A DNA stretch of 64,000 nt, taken from the NCBI GenBank assembly GCA_964016885.1, contig OZ024740.1, positions 80,290,001 to 80,354,000 on the forward strand, written 5' to 3'. Positions 1 through 12,630 of this stretch are shown here, piece by piece (positions within the stretch are counted from its first letter, which is position 1; each line of letters begins with the position of its first letter). The translations under genes were made by a program, and so were the position numbers. The notes beneath the pieces were generated by a model. It saw only the letters and a program-made list of their open reading frames with translations. It searched no databases and had not been told where the DNA came from. The DNA is from Eledone cirrhosa (Eukaryota).

Positions 1-75
1 GTTTGGTTCCTCCGGAGTAATGTAAAATAAACTAAAATAAATAAGTCAAATATTTAAAATTTGGCTTTGTTTATT

Positions 76-130
76 ACTGCTATATATATTTCGGTGACAG
101 CCATCTTTGGCTGTGATCTCTTCAGGCAGT
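76..130 (-). ncRNA. Minimal type I hammerhead ribozyme
   Basis: Minus strand reads ACTGC CTGAAGA gatcacagcca-aaga-tggctgtcacc GAAA T-ATAT-A TA GCAGT: stem I ACTGC/GCAGT, canonical core, palindromic loop 3. Confidence 0.85.
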
Positions 131-274
131 CCGAATTAGTGAGGTAGAGACGAGTACACATGATTCCAGTTCCTCAGTGAAATAACAACCCAACCAGGAA
201 CTGGTCATATCAGAGTATTGACAAAGTTAAACACCTCAACAACATGTGTACTCGTCTCTACCACACTAATTCGG

Positions 275-329
275 ACTGCCTGAAGAGGTCACAGCCAAAG
301 ATGGCTGTCACTGAAATATATATAGCAGT
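275..329 (+). ncRNA. Minimal type I hammerhead ribozyme (inverted copy of 76-130)
   Basis: ACTGC CTGAAGA ggtcacagcca aaga tggctgtcact GAAA TATATA TA GCAGT. Confidence 0.8.
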
Positions 330-583
330 AATAAACGAGCCAAATTTTAAATATTTGACTTATTTATTTTTTTTTTATATATATATATATATATATATAA
401 TAATAATACTATTTATAGTTATGTATATAGTATAAACAACTATAAACAGGAATGTCAGTAATTTCTTAATTACCTTATTACCAGTAAGAGAAATAGCTCA
501 ATGTTTTGAACATCAGTTGTTTTACAGAGCAGGTAAATAAATAAATTACACAATTATCAAAGTTGTGTTCAAATCATTTAGTA

Positions 584-628
584 GCTGACAATCGTTTCTT
601 CCAAACTCTCGTTTGGAGTCATCGGAGC
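584..628 (-). ncRNA. Hammerhead-like motif with CCGAUGA core (U4C) in PLE1 3' pseudo-LTR
   Basis: Minus strand GCT CCGATGA ctccaaac-gaga-gtttggaa GAAA CGATTG TC AGC. Confidence 0.65.
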
Positions 629-1954
629 ATTATCAATGTTTGCACATATAATTAACCTCCTATTTAACTGAACAATAATATAGTTACATATAAATTGATG
701 TTGTGAGCAACAGTTTCGTATTTACAGGGGAAAATGGATGTGACATATATTTTACGAGAATTGTACAATAATTGTACAAACATTCAAGTTCAAATTAAAA
801 TTAAATTAAAATCAAAAGCACGGAGTGGAATACATGCAGCAGTTAAAACAAGGGAATAGTCCAAACATTAAAGAGGCATTGAGGAAGCAGTTTTGAGAAA
901 GGAAGAGTGCGATAACAATTCATATGCAGGCGTGTGGAGTCTGACTGCGTAAGTCATATACATGAGAAGAAGACAAGCAAAGCTATTATGCATATATAGA
1001 TGAATAAATACTGCAGTTAAAGCAAATATGTTAATGTATTAAAGTCTATGGCGGATGTTGAATGTTGATGGTGTTCGAATTAAAGTGTTGAGAAACATAC
1101 AGTTTTTGCAGACTTTTACTTGACATATGTTGAATTAAATTTTAGTTAATGTTTATATTGAATGTTTCAAGTTAGTTAGAGCAATGGATTGTAAATTAGT
1201 ATTAATGAATTCATATTCATAGACTATATTTGATCAACCGTTAAATTTTCAATCGTTAATTTCCGGAAGTGAATAAGGGGAGCTAATGCGTAAGGGGGGT
1301 AACTAGCTAATTAAGTTCAATTCAGTTATTAAAATTCTTTGTTCTAATACACAATATAATGTGATACCATTGGATCTCCGTTACATAACCCTGTATATTT
1401 ATGCTTGATTTTAAATACAGTGTATTCCACTATCATACATTAAAGGTTTCTTTAGATTGTTATCTATTCATTACTGGACAAGGTATATGTTATGAAGGAT
1501 TATACAGCTGTTAATATGTCAAAATAGATATGCTATATGTGTAATAATATAATCCCTAATATACAATGCTATTACATTTTATATTTAATTATAAATGTAT
1601 ATATACTTTATTATTATTATGTTGTGTAATTTAAGCATTTAATTATACAATTATAAATGCACATATAGTTTATCATCACATATTACATTAAATGTCTTTA
1701 CATACCAAGTGCCAAATATCCATCACTGTATAAGATATAATTAATCTATTCTAGTTATATCACAAGGTGGTAACTCTATGTCTAATTCTAACTGTTATTG
1801 CAGAGAATAAGGTTATAGATAAATAGGAGTTGTGTAGCGGAAAGAGTTGGTCGAGGGGTTTGTGGTTGTGGGTACTGCTAAGTCCTAGATGTGTAGTGTT
1901 AATGGTGGTGGGGAATTCAAATCTAACATTGTTGTATACTAACAGCTAGGTTTA

Positions 1955-3300
1955 AAGTTATGGAACGAGTGTCGGTACCGGTGTTGGCACGAGGAAAATG
2001 TCTCTGACTTTCTATTAAGGAGGTCTAGTTTCGAAAAGATTATAGTATAGGTCTCCAGAAGGCAGAGATCACACAATTTATTCGGTGGTTTATACGATGA
2101 AGCCCTACCTACTACTTCCCATTGCAGTGTAAATGGTCTATTCCTAGTTTTCAGAGTGTATGTAGCTAGATAAAGAAGTGGAGCTGGCTAGATTGTGTTT
2201 TTTGAACGAGTGTAGCTGCGAGTTGTATCTCGTCTTGAAGTTGTTCGAAGTAGAACCTATATATGTTTTAAAAAAGTTGTTTGCGTTGACGGTGCATGAG
2301 TAGATGATGTCTTTCGTTAAGCAATTATTACCTAAGGGGCAAGTTCTATTAGTTCTACAGTTACATTTATTCTGGGTGTTAGCTTGCCGGTTCCTATGTT
2401 GTGAAGAATTCTGGTTGCTAGGGGTAGCACTAGGGTAATGATGCCTATCATTCGTATTGTTATTGATTTCATTAGTGCTATTATCATTATTACTATTATT
2501 TCTACTATTGTTTACAGGAACTAAGTTTACCTCCTGTGTGTTTTAATTAGTTGGAAATAGTTATTAATCTTCCTTTTATTACTACTAGCTATATGGTATG
2601 CTATGTTAGGTGTGGTGGAGTACGATATTTTAATTGTATTTTATTGATAAGGCTATGGTCTTTGTGGTCGGTCGGGATGTTCTTTTCCTAAGATTGAGAA
2701 GAAAGCCTTAGGCAAGTTGGTAGAGACGTTTGGATTGAAAGGGGGGATTGAAGAATGTATTAGTTCTCCTTCTATTTTTGTTCATAGTATTGTTTTTTGA
2801 GGTATTTATATCCTTGTTTATATTATTATTGTGGTGTTTACTTTGGTGCGAGTTAAGTTTTGTATTAATCGTCGTCTTAGAGTTATAGTGGCTAGTGTTT
2901 TTAGCATTTTTCCTCATGCCATATTATGAGAAATAATGTTGTATCCATATGATTTTATAGGTAGGAATTCAATCTCATTCTTATGTCCTGATTTAGCTAA
3001 GACCTCATTATAGTATTGTGAATTATTGTTAAATATAGTTTCATTATATGATAGATTAGAGATTCTATTAGATATTCCTTTGGTAATGGAGTTTAATATG
3101 GATTTAGGGTGGTTAGAGTTAGTGTTCACGTAAATTAGTTTTTCGTTAGGTTTATGATAGGGTGTGTATATTCTAGAATCTAGACTAAGGGTTGCGTCAA
3201 GGAAGTTGACGTTTTTAGTGTTTTTATCTAAGGTGATACTTAAGTTGTATTTTTTGAAAATTTTGTGTAACTGTTTCTTTGTTTTTTCTATATTATATTT
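1955..3300 (-). pseudogene. Frameshifted PLE RT C-terminus + Cys-rich linker + GIY-YIG endonuclease
   Basis: Minus-strand pieces VNFLDATL, SNHPKSILNSITKGISNRISNLS, CNCRTNRTCPLGNNCL, IIYSC..TYIGSTSNNFKTRY, CDLCLLE and SCQHR align with the intact ORF at 25790-27862. Confidence 0.85.
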
Positions 3301-3414
3301 TTATAGTCTATAAGAAGAAGCGCATCATCGAAACTGTTGCTCACAACATCAATTTATATCTACATTATTGTTCAGTTGAATAGGAGGTTAATTATATGTG
3401 CAAACATTGATAAT

Positions 3415-3459
3415 GCTCCGATGACTCCAAACGAGAGTTTGGAAGAAACGATTGTCAGC
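3415..3459 (+). ncRNA. Hammerhead-like motif with CCGAUGA core, inverted copy of 584-628
   Basis: GCT CCGATGA CTCCAAAC GAGA GTTTGGAA GAAA CGATTG TC AGC. Confidence 0.65.
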
Positions 3460-3496
3460 TATTAAATGATTTGAACACAACTTTGATAATTGTGTA

Positions 3497-3574
<78 letters not shown>

Positions 3575-3727
3575 ATAAATGCTCTGAAATAGCGATATAT
3601 ATGTGAATATAGACATAGAATATTCGAAAATATTCTGTATGTTTATAATAAACATTTTGAAGACCTAATCGCTATAGAATAGAATACGTCACGTATTACA
3701 ATTAGATTCTCGATAAAAGCAAGGGAA

Positions 3728-3770
3728 GTAATCTACGCGTTTCATTCTTGTTAGAAATCATCAGGACTAC
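3728..3770 (-). ncRNA. Minimal type I hammerhead of the 310-bp monomer (also at 4038, 4348, 4657, 4967, 5277, 5587)
   Basis: Minus strand GTAGTC CTGATGA T TTCT-AACA-AGAA T GAAA CGCG TA GATTAC. Confidence 0.85.
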
Positions 3771-6076
3771 ATATCCAGTGCTTTTATCGAGAATGACACA
3801 GCTAGAGACTTATAGAATACTTAGCTGTGTACAGGAACTGGTTTGAAAGAGCGGTTGCCGGTCCGGCAGAAATTAGAAATTGGAATAAATGCTCTGAAAT
3901 AGCGATATATATGTGAATATAGACATAGAATATTCGAAAATATTCTGTATGTTTATAATAAACATTTTGAAGACCTAATCGCTATAGAATAGAATACGTC
4001 ACGTATTACAATTAGATTCTCGATAAAAGCAAGGGAAGTAATCTACGCGTTTCATTCTTGTTAGAAATCATCAGGACTACATATCCAGTGCTTTTATCGA
4101 GAATGACACAGCTAGAGACTTATAGAATACTTAGCTGTGTACAGGAACTGGTTTGAAAGAGCGGTTGCCGGTCCGGCAGAAATTAGAAATTGGAATAAAT
4201 GCTCTGAAATAGCGATATATATGTGAATATAGACATAGAATATTCGAAAATATTCTGTATGTTTATAATAAACATTTTGAAGACCTAATCGCTATAGAAT
4301 AGAATACGTCACGTATTACAATTAGATTCTCGATAAAAGCAAGGGAAGTAATCTACGCGTTTCATTCTTGTTAGAAATCATCAGGACTACATATCCAGTG
4401 CTTTTATCGAGAATGACACAGCTAGAGACTTATAGAATACTTAGCTGTGTACAGGAACTGGTTTGAAAGAGCGGTTGCCGACCGGCAGAAATTAGAAATT
4501 GGAATAAATGCTCTGAAATAGCGATATATATGTGAATATAGACATAGAATATTCGAAAATATTCTGTATGTTTATAATAAACATTTTGAAGACCTAATCG
4601 CTATAGAATAGAATACGTCACGTATTACAATTAGATTCTCGATAAAAGCAAGGGAAGTAATCTACGCGTTTCATTCTTGTTAGAAATCATCAGGACTACA
4701 TATCCAGTGCTTTTATCGAGAATGACACAGCTAGAGACTTATAGAATACTTAGCTGTGTACAGGAACTGGTTTGAAAGAGCGGTTGCCGGTCCGGCAGAA
4801 ATTAGAAATTGGAATAAATGCTCTGAAATAGCGATATATATGTGAATATAGACATAGAATATTCGAAAATATTCTGTATGTTTATAATAAACATTTTGAA
4901 GACCTAATCGCTATAGAATAGAATACGTCACGTATTACAATTAGATTCTCGATAAAAGCAAGGGAAGTAATCTACGCGTTTCATTCTTGTTAGAAATCAT
5001 CAGGACTACATATCCAGTGCTTTTATCGAGAATGACACAGCTAGAGACTTATAGAATACTTAGCTGTGTACAGGAACTGGTTTGAAAGAGCGGTTGCCGG
5101 TCCGGCAGAAATTAGAAATTGGAATAAATGCTCTGAAATAGCGATATATATGTGAATATAGACATAGAATATTCGAAAATATTCTGTATGTTTATAATAA
5201 ACATTTTGAAGACCTAATCGCTATAGAATAGAATACGTCACGTATTACAATTAGATTCTCGATAAAAGCAAGGGAAGTAATCTACGCGTTTCATTCTTGT
5301 TAGAAATCATCAGGACTACATATCCAGTGCTTTTATCGAGAATGACACAGCTAGAGACTTATAGAATACTTAGCTGTGTACAGGAACTGGTTTGAAAGAG
5401 CGGTTGCCGGTCCGGCAGAAATTAGAAATTGGAATAAATGCTCTGAAATAGCGATATATATGTGAATATAGACATAGAATATTCGAAAATATTCTGTATG
5501 TTTATAATAAACATTTTGAAGACCTAATCGCTATAGAATAGAATACGTCACGTATTACAATTAGATTCTCGATAAAAGCAAGGGAAGTAATCTACGCGTT
5601 TCATTCTTGTTAGAAATCATCAGGACTACATATCCAGTGCTTTTATCGAGAATGACACAGCTAGAGACTTATAGAATACTTAGCTGTGTACAGGAACTGG
5701 TTTGAAAGAGCGGTTGCCGGTCCGGCAGAAATTAGAAATTGGAATAAATGCTCTGAAATAGCGATATATATGTGAATATAGACATAGAATATTCGAAAAT
5801 ATTCTGTATGTTTATAATAAACATCGAGAATCTAATTGTAATACGTGACGTATTCTATTCTATAGCGATTAGGTCTTCAAAATGTTTATTATAAACATAC
5901 AGAATATTTTCGAATATTCTATGTCTATATTCACATATATATCGCTATTTCAGAGCATTTATTCCAATTTCTAATTTCTGCCGGACCGGCAACCGCTCTT
6001 TCAAACCAGTTCCTGTACACAGCTAAGTATTCTATAAGTCTCTAGCTGTGTCATTCTCGATAAAAGCACTGGATAT

Positions 6077-6119
6077 GTAGTCCTGATGATTTCTAACAAG
6101 AATGAAACGCGTAGATTAC
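6077..6119 (+). ncRNA. Minimal type I hammerhead of the inverted 310-bp monomers (also at 6387, 6697)
   Basis: GTAGTC CTGATGA TTTCT AACA AGAAT GAAA CGCG TA GATTAC; stem III is the palindrome ACGCGT typical of dimer-acting minimal HHRs. Confidence 0.85.
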
Positions 6120-6920
6120 TTCCCTTGCTTTTATCGAGAATCTAATTGTAATACGTGACGTATTCTATTCTATAGCGATTAGGTCTTCAAAATGTTTATT
6201 ATAAACATACAGAATATTTTCGAATATTCTATGTCTATATTCACATATATATCGCTATTTCAGAGCATTTATTCCAATTTCTAATTTCTGCCGGACCGGC
6301 AACCGCTCTTTCAAACCAGTTCCTGTACACAGCTAAGTATTCTATAAGTCTCTAGCTGTGTCATTCTCGATAAAAGCACTGGATATGTAGTCCTGATGAT
6401 TTCTAACAAGAATGAAACGCGTAGATTACTTCCCTTGCTTTTATCGAGAATCTAATTGTAATACGTGACGTATTCTATTCTATAGCGATTAGGTCTTCAA
6501 AATGTTTATTATAAACATACAGAATATTTTCGAATATTCTATGTCTATATTCACATATATATCGCTATTTCAGAGCATTTATTCCAATTTCTAATTTCTG
6601 CCGGACCGGCAACCGCTCTTTCAAACCAGTTCCTGTACACAGCTAAGTATTCTATAAGTCTCTAGCTGTGTCATTCTCGATAAAAGCACTGGATATGTAG
6701 TCCTGATGATTTCTAACAAGAATGAAACGCGTAGATTACTTCCCTTGCTTTTATCGAGAATCTAATTGTAATACGTGACGTATTCTATTCTATAGCGATT
6801 AGGTCTTCAAAATGTTTATTATAAACATACAGAATATTTTCGAATATTCTATGTCTATATTCATATATATATATATATACGATATTAAACAAATGGAAAC
6901 TATATTTATAAAACCATATT

Positions 6921-6986
6921 TATTTCATTATACATATTTCAGGGATACCATATTAAAAATATGGCATGCCTTCGTCAGATAAAATA
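6921..6986 (-). ncRNA. Type I hammerhead, inverted copy of 10087-10152
   Basis: Reverse complement of the 10087-10152 motif. Confidence 0.75.
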
Positions 6987-7321
6987 CAATATATAACCAG
7001 TTTTATAAATAATTTTGACGTACCATAAATATAGCGACCATTAAGGTAGGAGGCTGGCTTGGTAGTGAAGTGTTTATAAATATTTAGTGTTAATCACAGT
7101 TACAAATAAAGATGGTGAAAAAGAAGAAATGTATGTAAAGAAAAACAGAGAGAAATAGAGAGAAATAGGGGAGTGAGAAAGAGGGAGGAGGTAAAAAAGA
7201 GAGGCAACCGAAGGCAACAGATGAATAATAATAATTCATCATACAAATTGAGAGATTTAAGAGGGAGGGAGTACGGTAATTAAAGTACTATAGAGGGAGT
7301 ACGGTAATTAAAAATACTATA

Positions 7322-8240
7322 GTGAACTCTGTTCAAGAACGAATCTCAAGAATTTCATCTAATAAAAATATTTTCGACGAAAAAGCGCAGTATTACAATG
7401 AAGCGTTAGCTAGAGCAGGATATAGTGATAAAATTAAGTACATCGATAATAATAAGCAAACTAACCAAAATAATAACAATTTTAATTACGGTAACAACAT
7501 TAACAACTATAATAGAAAACACTACAATAATTCCAAAAGCCGGAAAAGAAATAGAACTAGAAATATAATATGGTTTGCGCCCCCTTTCTCACTAAATATT
7601 AAAACCCACATTGCTAAACTATTCTTCAATGCTCTTGACAAACGCTTCCCTAGAACACATAAATATCACTCAATTTTTAATAGACATACTATAAAATTAA
7701 CTTACTCGTCCACCAAAAATTTAGCACAAAATATTAACAGAATAAATAATAGGAATTTAAAACCTAACCAAAATACCAATAATAACCCAAACAATATTCA
7801 ATTAAACAACTGTAACTGTAGAAATAAATCTAAATGTCCGTTAAATAACAATTGCTTAGTTAAAAATATAATATACAATTGTAATGTTAAAGCTAACTTA
7901 AATTCTTTCAACTATGTTGGTTCCACCTCGACAGAATTTAAACTTCGCTTCAATAATCATAAGAATTCTTTCACAGATCCAAACAAAAAATCTTCAACTT
8001 CACTATCAAGCTTACTCTGGCAACTTAAACGTGATAACGTTGGGTATTCGATGTTTGGGAATATTGTCTCAAGAGGGATTCCTTTTAAATTCCTCATCTG
8101 AGACATGTGATCTCTGTGTGGAGGAGATATTCTTTATATTAAAATCCAAAAATTCCCTTAATCTAAGGAGCAATTTATTCAGTTGTTGCAGACATAGATT
8201 GAACTCAACGTTTAAATATAAATATAAATTTAAAATGTAG
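7322..8240 (+). pseudogene. PLE RT C-terminus + Cys-rich linker + GIY-YIG endonuclease, frameshifted near 8090
   Basis: RNIIWFAPPFS, IFNRHTIKLTYS, CNCRNKSKCPLNNNCL, IIYNC..NYVGSTSTEFKLRFNNH, then CDLCVEE..CCRHR in a second frame. Confidence 0.9.
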
Positions 8241-10086
8241 TATAATTAATTAAGAAATTTAATTAATGTATGAAACCTGACGATAAATCTTTCGATTCCT
8301 TCAACTTAAACCTTCTTCATAAATATAAACAAATGATGTAATTAAACTACTCTAAAATGTAGATGCTCCCAATGTATTAAATAAATTTTACGAAAGATAC
8401 ATTTCTATACTAAATATAAGAGCATCCGTAGAACCACAGGGTCTTCTAAATCCTTTAAATGATTTTTGTTAAATGATTTTTGGTTTTTATTTGCTTTTTG
8501 ATTCTGATTGCTTCTAAACAACTTGGCAATATATTGTCTGGAAAATTGGAAGGATAGATTTCTGTGGTAAATATATGAAGCATACCGGGTTTTTTGTGGC
8601 TTGGGATGCCCTAGGGTGTGTTGAAAATATTTTAACGTTTTGATGTTTCTATGCTGATATATTGATATCTGGTTGTCTCTGTGCAAAGGCCATATGCATA
8701 TGGAATGATTACAGAGTATATTTTATCTGTTCATGTGCCTGTATGTGTGCATAGAGATGCTAGAACACTCACGCAGATGTCTTATATATACATATATATG
8801 TATTTCAGTTTAGTAGTCAGTTACAAATATTAAGCTCTAAGAAAATACTTCTGAGCATTACATTATAATTTAAAAAAATATATGATCAACACTACTGTGT
8901 TTTTTTTTTGCAAAATGACAATAATTTTTTTTATTTTTTTATTATTTTTTTTTTATGTATATATATATATGTGTAGGTATAGTTCTGTATATGTTACAGA
9001 TATGCATAATGTTATATACATGAACGATGATCATTTGTGTGAGGGCATGAATACTAATCGTTTATTTTTTATGTATATATATATAGTGAAATATTTTATA
9101 TCACAAGAAAAATTTTTTTGTGAAACAAGAAATTAAGGAGTTGATCACGTAAAGTCATGTGTATGTCTATTTTATCAACTAGAGCTTGACATGACTTTTT
9201 CTTTCTCTTTTCCTTTTCTTTTTTTAGAAAGTGCATATGCATGTGTATGTATATACCTATATATCTCCGTATTTTTATAAATAGGGTAACTTTTTGAAGA
9301 TTTATCTCATCTTTTTTGAAGATTTATCTCAGTTTTTGGTACATTGACCTCAGAGTTTTAAACTAAACATATGGTCATTATTGAGCAAAATTATTTTGAC
9401 ACATTATATATCTATGTCTCATTCATGAATATTGATATTTACATTATATTACCCAGTTCATATGAATTGATAATTCAAATTGATAGGACATGACGTAAAG
9501 ATGTAACTCTATCATCCCTCTCTCTAGATATAGCTCTTTCTTCCCCTCTCTCTCTATATATGATGAAGTTTATGTATCTGTCGTTTTGGCTTTGCCTCTC
9601 ATGATTCTCTCTTACTTCTCTCTTGATTTTCACCTCCCCCTATATAATTATTATTTTTTTCCCCCTCTTTTTTTCTCCCTCTTTCTTTTCCTCCCACCTC
9701 TCTATCTCTCTCTCTCTCTGTTTTCTCCTCATCTCCATTTTTTTCTTTCAGTCTGTCTCTTCCCTAACTGTGCTTAACACTATAACTAAATAATTACCGT
9801 ACTCCCTCCCTCTTAAATCTCTCAATTTGTATGATGAATTATTATTATTCATCTGTTGCCTTCGGTTGCCTCTCTTTTTTACCTCCTCCCTCTTTCTCAC
9901 TCCCCTATTTCTCTCTATTTCTCTCTGTTTTTCTTTACATACATTTCTTCTTTTTCACCATCTTTATTTGTAACTGTGATTAACACTAAATATTTATAAA
10001 CACTTCACTACCAAACCAGCCTCCTACCTTAGTGGTCGCTATATTTATGGTACGTCAAAATTATTTATAAAACTGGTTATATATTG

Positions 10087-10152
10087 TATTTTATCTGACG
10101 AAGGCATGCCATATTTTTAATATGGTATCCCTGAAATATGTATAATGAAATA
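10087..10152 (+). ncRNA. Type I hammerhead in PLE2 3' pseudo-LTR
   Basis: TATTTTAT CTGACGA aggcatgccatatt..aatatggtatccct GAAA TATGTA TA ATGAAATA, overlapping an AATAAA. Confidence 0.78.
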
Positions 10153-10280
10153 AATATGGTTTTATAAATATAGTTTCCATTTGTTTAATATCGTATATCT
10201 ACTCCAAAAACTTGTCGAGTGCTTTATATCAGTTATAAAATATTTACTTGTTGTAACCCAACAATTTTAAATAAAACTTT

Positions 10281-10333
<53 letters not shown>

Positions 10334-10735
10334 TGTGTGTGTGTGAAAAACAAACATCACAGAGAAACGACACAGTATAATGAAGACATATATTAGTTTA
10401 AAGCTTGGTATAGCAGGAACGGAGTATTAACGTTTCGGACGTTAGTCATTCATTAGAAGATAAAATGAGAGAAATAGACAAAAATAAGAAGAGAAAGAAA
10501 CAAAAAAAAAAAAAGATTTTCGTCGGTCACCAATTTTGCTGCATCCTACATTGATATTGTGTTGATGCCTGGGAGGTAAGGTCTTAGTCTTGCCAAATTG
10601 CTGTGTTTCTTCGTCGTATTGAAGGCCCATGATAGGAAGTGTCTACTATTTTTCTACATAGAAAATATATTTCTACGCTCTACCCACCAGTATTAGTGAA
10701 TGTTGGAGTGTTTTAAATACTAAGGTATATTTTCC

Positions 10736-10779
<44 letters not shown>

Positions 10780-11057
10780 TATATATATATAAATATAAAT
10801 ATATATATAAATACATACATACATAGGAACATATATACAAACACACACACACACACACACATCAATATATTTTTTGAAGAGCAATGTGCAGTGACATTGA
10901 AGTTCCAGCTACTCTAGCTTCACGTAGCTGTTCAGATGAAGCTACTAAGCTGAAACTTCGAATTCACTACCACCTTTCTCATAAAAAATGAAATATACAT
11001 TGCTTGCTCACACCTAGTAAGTGGTCACTGAGTTAAGTTTTAACTGTTTTACTTGTT

Positions 11058-11195
11058 ATTGGCAGAGTCGTAAGAATGCGTTATGGTATTCATTCCGGCT
11101 CTCTGGTCACGGAGTTCAAATCGCACCCAGGTCAACTTTACCTTTTATCCTTTTGAGTAGATAAAAAAATGTACCAGTCTAGTACTGGGGTCGAT
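11058..11195 (+). mobile_element. Diverged tRNA-derived SINE
   Basis: TTGGCAGAGTCG A-box-like start, GAGTTCAAATC B box, and body matching the SINE at 34301. Confidence 0.65.
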
Positions 11196-12630
11196 TCTTC
11201 CTCTATATCTCTTTCCCATTTCCACTAAATGGACTCCGCAAAGTTTAGAATACCCAAGAAACGCTATCACAGGTTACCGGACCATACATACATACACACA
11301 CAAGCACACACACACACACACAGACACACACACACAGACACACACACACACACACACACACAATACTGAAACGAAGGTGTTGAATAGGACAGATATATCT
11401 TCGGTCGTTTTCCCACTCACTCAATAATTTAATTAAGTCAATATCATTAAGACTCCGATCCAAGATAACTATAGTGGACACACGTTAATTAGTGAGAAAA
11501 ACGATTTTGTGTAGGTAGAAAATTTGATTTTCCGGCCCCGGACCAATACAATAGTTTCTGGGTATCAGACTTTCTCCCCCCCCCCTCCCCCACACACATA
11601 TGTATGTATATATATATATATGTATATGATATATACAGGTTCCTGTGACTTTCTCGAGTAAACCCTTCTCATGCTTCTGCCTGTGTTTCTTAGCTTCCTG
11701 GCTTAGTTGGCAATTTATGCCACTCGTGCATTCACGATCATACTCTCCAGTGATTCTGGTACGACCGGAGTCTGCTAATATAAGTCTGTTCACTGGATCT
11801 GTACGTATCCGGCAGAGAATGCCTGGGAACAAAGCTTAAATAACTCCCCAACCCTGGCCACTTCTTTCAATGCATTTTTGGTTGGAATGTTTGGTGAAAG
11901 AATCGTGGCAAAAAGTTTTACATGTTTGAATTTTTCCTCTTTTTATAAGTTACTAGCAGAGGTACCCGGCGTTGCCCGGTATCACTCTCAATGGAGTAGT
12001 CGTTCAAATGAACCGAAAGACTTCCGTTAAACACGACTATAGAAATAACAATTTATAGGTGCTGGCCCTAAATAGGGCCTTTGAACGTTCACTTTGAAAT
12101 ATCTCAGCGGCGGTGCTGCCAGCAAAGATGAATCCGATGGTAACAATTTAAACATGGTGGCCCTGAAGAGGGCCTTGGATCGTTCACTCTTAAAAGTCCT
12201 AGAGGTAGAGTTGTCAGCAAAGACGACTCCGATTAGAGGTGGTGACCCTTAAGAAGTCCTTCACACCACTTTGGTGTGTCGTATTTGGTTGCTTGTTATT
12301 TAAGATTGTAACCTAGAAAAGCATGTAACAGTCAGTGGTCACAAAATCTGCCTTGGCAAGATCACGCTGAAATGTCAAAAAACTGTGTAAATAAGATATA
12401 GGGAAAAGTAGATTAATTAGGTTAAAACTACGGAACATCGATAGCATAGCGCAATAGCATCATATAAATGCGGAAAACGGAGACATTGAACATTTATAAC
12501 GTATAGCAAAAGCAACCTCAGAGGCGTCCGTGGTATTTTCAAAAGGACAAAAATAGCACAAGGATACAGCAAATGTAAGCACTTATACAACAAAAAAAAA
12601 ACAGCGATTACTTGTTGGCGGATGGGGTGC

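Larger units (their letters stand above)
35..370. repeat. Fold-back inverted repeat (arms about 35-162 and 243-370) of a PLE pseudo-LTR end, one hammerhead per arm
   Basis: Arms are reverse complements with a few mismatches; an inner CCAGTTCCT/AGGAACTGG pair sits in the spacer; followed by a (TA)n tract. Confidence 0.85.
541..3501 (-). mobile_element. 5'-truncated Penelope-like retroelement (PLE1) with 3' pseudo-LTR at 541-718 and inverted pseudo-LTR copy at 3329-3501
   Basis: Terminal arms are reverse complements; decayed RT-thumb/GIY-YIG coding sequence lies between them; an HHR is present in both arms. Confidence 0.85.
3571..6863. mobile_element. Tandem array of a 310-bp hammerhead-containing monomer (putative non-LTR retrozyme); about 7.3 units, then about 3.4 inverted units
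   Basis: Unit starts at 3571, 3881, 4191, 4500, 4810, 5120, 5430 and 5740; orientation flips at 5823-5824; inverted units start at 5823, 6133, 6443 and 6753. One HHR per unit, no ORF, (TA)n on both flanks. Confidence 0.88.
6875..10198 (+). mobile_element. 5'-truncated Penelope-like retroelement (PLE2) with inverted pseudo-LTR at 6875-7281 and 3' pseudo-LTR at 9792-10198
   Basis: About 400-bp terminal arms are near-perfect reverse complements and enclose a PLE ORF remnant; an HHR is present in each arm. Confidence 0.88.

Noticed and set aside
700-795. Second HHR-like motif in PLE1 (minus TTGAATG..GAAACTGTT)
   Set aside because: Core and stem I are too degenerate to count among the U3-A8 cases.
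3571-6863. CRISPR-like or plain satellite interpretation of the arrays
   Set aside because: There are no unique spacers; units are full-length repeats with a ribozyme motif in a eukaryotic context.
10400-10970. Hammerhead-like remnants (CTAATGA..CGAAACGTTA on minus near 10430-10460; CAGATGA AGCT..AGCT GAAA near 10934)
   Set aside because: Core is mutated and stem I or the cleavage triplet cannot be completed.
12056-12260. About 97-bp repeats containing CTGAAGAG
   Set aside because: Helitron subterminal repeats; no GAAA/NUH half, so not a ribozyme.
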